A stretch of DNA of 64,000 bases from Podarcis bocagei. Lineage: Eukaryota. The notes below the pieces were generated by a model. The model worked only from the letters and a program-made list of their open reading frames with translations. It was not told where the DNA came from and did not search any database. The stretch lies in NCBI GenBank assembly GCA_964188305.1, contig OZ076903.1; one strand, given 5' to 3'. This document shows positions 61,222 to 64,000 of the stretch, one piece after another (position 1 is the first letter of the stretch; each line of letters opens with the position of its first letter). The position numbers were made by a program, and so were the translations under genes.

Positions 61222-62151
61222 ATGCCTAATTTATCTGAATTGTTCTGCTTCATTCTTCTGGTGGTTGTGACCCTCACAGGATTGGCAGGAAATGGATTTA
61301 TTGCTATCGTTAACTGCATTGACTGGTTTCGAAGCAGAAAACTATCCCCAGCTGACATGATCCTGAGCTGTCTTAGCTTGTTCAGATTTGCATTTCTTGC
61401 CATTGTGATACAGACTGCAATTTTTATCCTCTTTTTTGAGGACACTTTTCAGAAGAGGGACCTAAGCATTGCATATGATACCTCATGGCTATTTGTTAAT
61501 ACTGCTGAACTTTGTTTTGCCGCTTTGCTCAGTGTTTTGTACTGTGTAAAGATTGCCAACTTCTCCCACCCTCTCTTCCTGCGAATGAAGTGGAGATTCC
61601 CTGGGCTGGTGCCTTGGCTGCTTCTGGGGACTGTGGTCTATTCGGCACTCGCCAGCATTGTAGCAACAATGGACATTACACTCACATCTGAATGTAGTTC
61701 ATATGAATCACTTCTCGGCAATAACACTGACTCAGGAATTAAGACATCTGACTTTTGCAAGTATTCCATCTTTCTATATGTTGTTCCAGATTTATTTCCC
61801 TTCATGATATTTTTGTTCTCATCCATCTTACTACTAACTTCTCTGTGGAGCCACAAAAATCTTCTACGAAACACTGCAAAGGATGTCAGCACAGAAGCTC
61901 ACCTGAATGCCATCAAAGCTCTGGCTTCTTTCTGCATCCTCTACGTATCTAGCTTTTTTGTGGAAATTTTGGATGATGTCCTGTCCTGGATGGACACTGG
62001 GGACCTTTGGGTAACAATATTTTTTTTTAATGTGATTGCTGCATATTCCTCTGGCCATGCCATTATCCTGATCTTCATTAATCCCAGACTAAAACAGGAA
62101 TCAGTAAGGATTCTACATCAGCTAAAAAGCTGCATGAAGACACCATCTTAA
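61222..62151 (+). CDS. TAS2R: Divergent TAS2R copy 11, intact (309 aa from ATG 61222; in-frame upstream ATG at 61165)
   Basis: All TAS2R motifs; ATG homologous to the first ATG of other copies is ACG (61210-61212); octamer 61034-61041. Confidence 0.9.
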   Translation: [309 protein letters not shown]

Positions 62152-63467
62152 AGGCCATCAAGTCATCATGGAAGTGTCATCCACTTTTGCAGGCACAAAA
62201 TCTTCTGTCTGAGAACCGCCTAGAAGAGGTTCTCCTGCACAAGACTGCCCAACCACTGCAGAGTGGTTTGCATAGGAGAATATTGTACAATATTGTCTGT
62301 CCCTGGGTTTGCAGGTGCCCACACGCTCTGAGGACACAACCTAGGAGATGTTCTCCTGCACAAAAATGCCCAGCTATCGCAAGGAGGGTTGCACAGAAGA
62401 ACTTTCCGTTGGGTATGCCCTTGAATTCTGTAGTAGTATATTATACAAACCTCCATAGACTCACGCATGGCTATGAAGAGGGCATTTGTCTTTCCACCAA
62501 CAGATTCTCCTTTTTCCTGCACTTGACATGTTAAATATTGTTCTCCTCCCTAACCAATTGATCCTTTTTGCTGTTGTAAATGATGCTTTTGATCTCATTT
62601 CTATCTGATGTTGATTTGCAGTTGTAATTGCAATATAAATACATCAGCCTAGGGAAAGAGTTAACTGGCACCCCGACAAAGTCCTGGCAGGTATCCAATT
62701 TCTCTTCCTTTGTCCGTCCAGCCTTGCCAAAGCCTTACCATGTCTCCAAACTCCCATCTTGTCCTGCCATCCAAGATAACAACCCCTTTTTCTTCTCCCA
62801 AGTAATAATTGACTCAGACCAGCTTATTAATTCCAGATCCATTTAAAATTATTCTCTTTGTTTTATATTCCATACACACAGTTCATTTTTTTATTATTTG
62901 TAAACCATATCTATAATCTAGTTCCCTCCCACTCTGCTTGTTGCTTTAAAATGTTAATTTGGCTTCTAGGGAGTTTGCTGAGTCAGTTATGTAAATAGAA
63001 AAAATAAAAAAAATCCATTTTTAGGCTCCCCCGCCCCATACCGTCTTTTGCACCAAATGAAGTCTTCTTTCTCATTCAAATCTTAACAACCTTGCAGCTG
63101 TTTCAATTCAGCAGTTTCAATTGCAGCTGTTTCAATTTCAGCATGCATCTATACATTTATCCTAATTAAACTTTTAATGAGCAGAAGAACCTCTGCTTCT
63201 TAATGGTGGTGGAGGTGGGTTACCAACAGGCAAAGTGCTTTTGCACTCAGTGCCTCCCTGCCTCCCGCATTCCATATCGGAGCGAAAATCAGGTATCAAG
63301 ACAATCTGCAAGTGAAGGATAATTACCCTCAATCATCCTGGGGGGAACTTGCAAGCATAATTATCCTCAATCATCCTTGGTTTTTTCCTTCGCCAACAAT
63401 CTCCTGTTGTCATGGGAGCTGTCTCCATTAAGGCAGCCGGAACTGGAAGCCGTGTCTGCAGTGAGGC

Positions 63468-63634
63468 AGGAACGTGGGTGGCACTGTGGTCTAAACCACT
63501 GAGCCCCTTGGGCTTGCTGATCAGAAGGTGGTGGTTCGAATCCCTGCAACGGGGTGAGCTCCCGTTGCTCTGTCCCAGCTCCTGCCAACCTAACAGTTCA
63601 AAAGAACAGCAGTGCAAGTACATAAATAGGTACC
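63468..63634 (+). mobile_element. Sauria SINE 5' half
   Basis: Homology to 5081-5250 including box B. Confidence 0.85.
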
Positions 63635-64000
63635 TTCAATATGGGGTTCTGCAGGGCTCAATTCTATCCTCCATGTTGTTTAACATCTATATGAAAGTGC
63701 TGGATGGGATTATGCAGAGGTTAGGAGTATGTCATCAGCAGTATGCTGATGACACTCAGCTCTATTTCTCCTTCACATCTGCAGTGAGGCGGTAGAAGTG
63801 CAGGACCAATGTCTTGCCTCAGTAATGGACTGGATGAGAGCCAACAAACTAAAGTTCAATCCCGATAAGACTGAGGCACTGTTCATGGGTGCTTCCTCAG
63901 ACAGGATGGTTGGGAGGTCACCTGCTCTTGATGGGGTTACGCTGCCCCTAAAGGAGCAGGTTTGTAGCTTGTGTGTACTCCTGGATCCTTTGCTGTCGCT
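63635..64000 (+). mobile_element. L2-clade LINE RT fragment, runs off window
   Basis: GVLQGSILSSMLFNIYM..QQYADDTQLY, then WMRANKLKFNPDKTE in another frame. Confidence 0.85.

Noticed and set aside
1-64000. CRISPR array, rRNA or prokaryotic systems
   Set aside because: No regularly spaced short repeats or rRNA-like sequence; all content is vertebrate genes and transposons

Overview
Vertebrate (squamate, probably lacertid lizard; inferred from Sauria SINE, Bov-B and L2/Rex1 content) genomic DNA containing a head-to-tail tandem array of single-exon bitter taste receptor (TAS2R) genes on the + strand. There are 9 open copies (8 closely related, 1 divergent), 2 pseudogenes and one apparent 'ghost' unit with flanks but no CDS. 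The array was built by unit duplication plus a larger segmental duplication (about 0.3-26 kb vs about 28-49 kb), and its coding regions are patchwork mosaics. Intergenic DNA is packed with nested mobile elements. These include two copies of a tyrosine-recombinase (Ngaro/DIRS-order) retrotransposon with an SGNH hydrolase ORF, a second deleted YR element, and a full-length but decayed sushi-like chromoviral Gypsy element inside a non-autonomous L1-like retroposon. Also present are a solo LTR, Rex1, Bov-B and L2 LINE fragments, Sauria SINEs, TA-flanked MITEs and a GAR1 processed pseudogene. Most interesting observations: (1) LTR U3 regions of two different LTR families encode, in the same phase, an ORF ending in a shared basic motif. 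(2) The Gypsy element has a Tf1-type self-priming PBS. (3) Receptor segments are shuffled combinatorially between paralogs. (4) Every TAS2R promoter has an invariant POU octamer. (5) Cryptic inverted repeats bracket receptor genes. (6) Two YR-retroelement families share a GCAA|AT recombination core. All alignments were done by eye.
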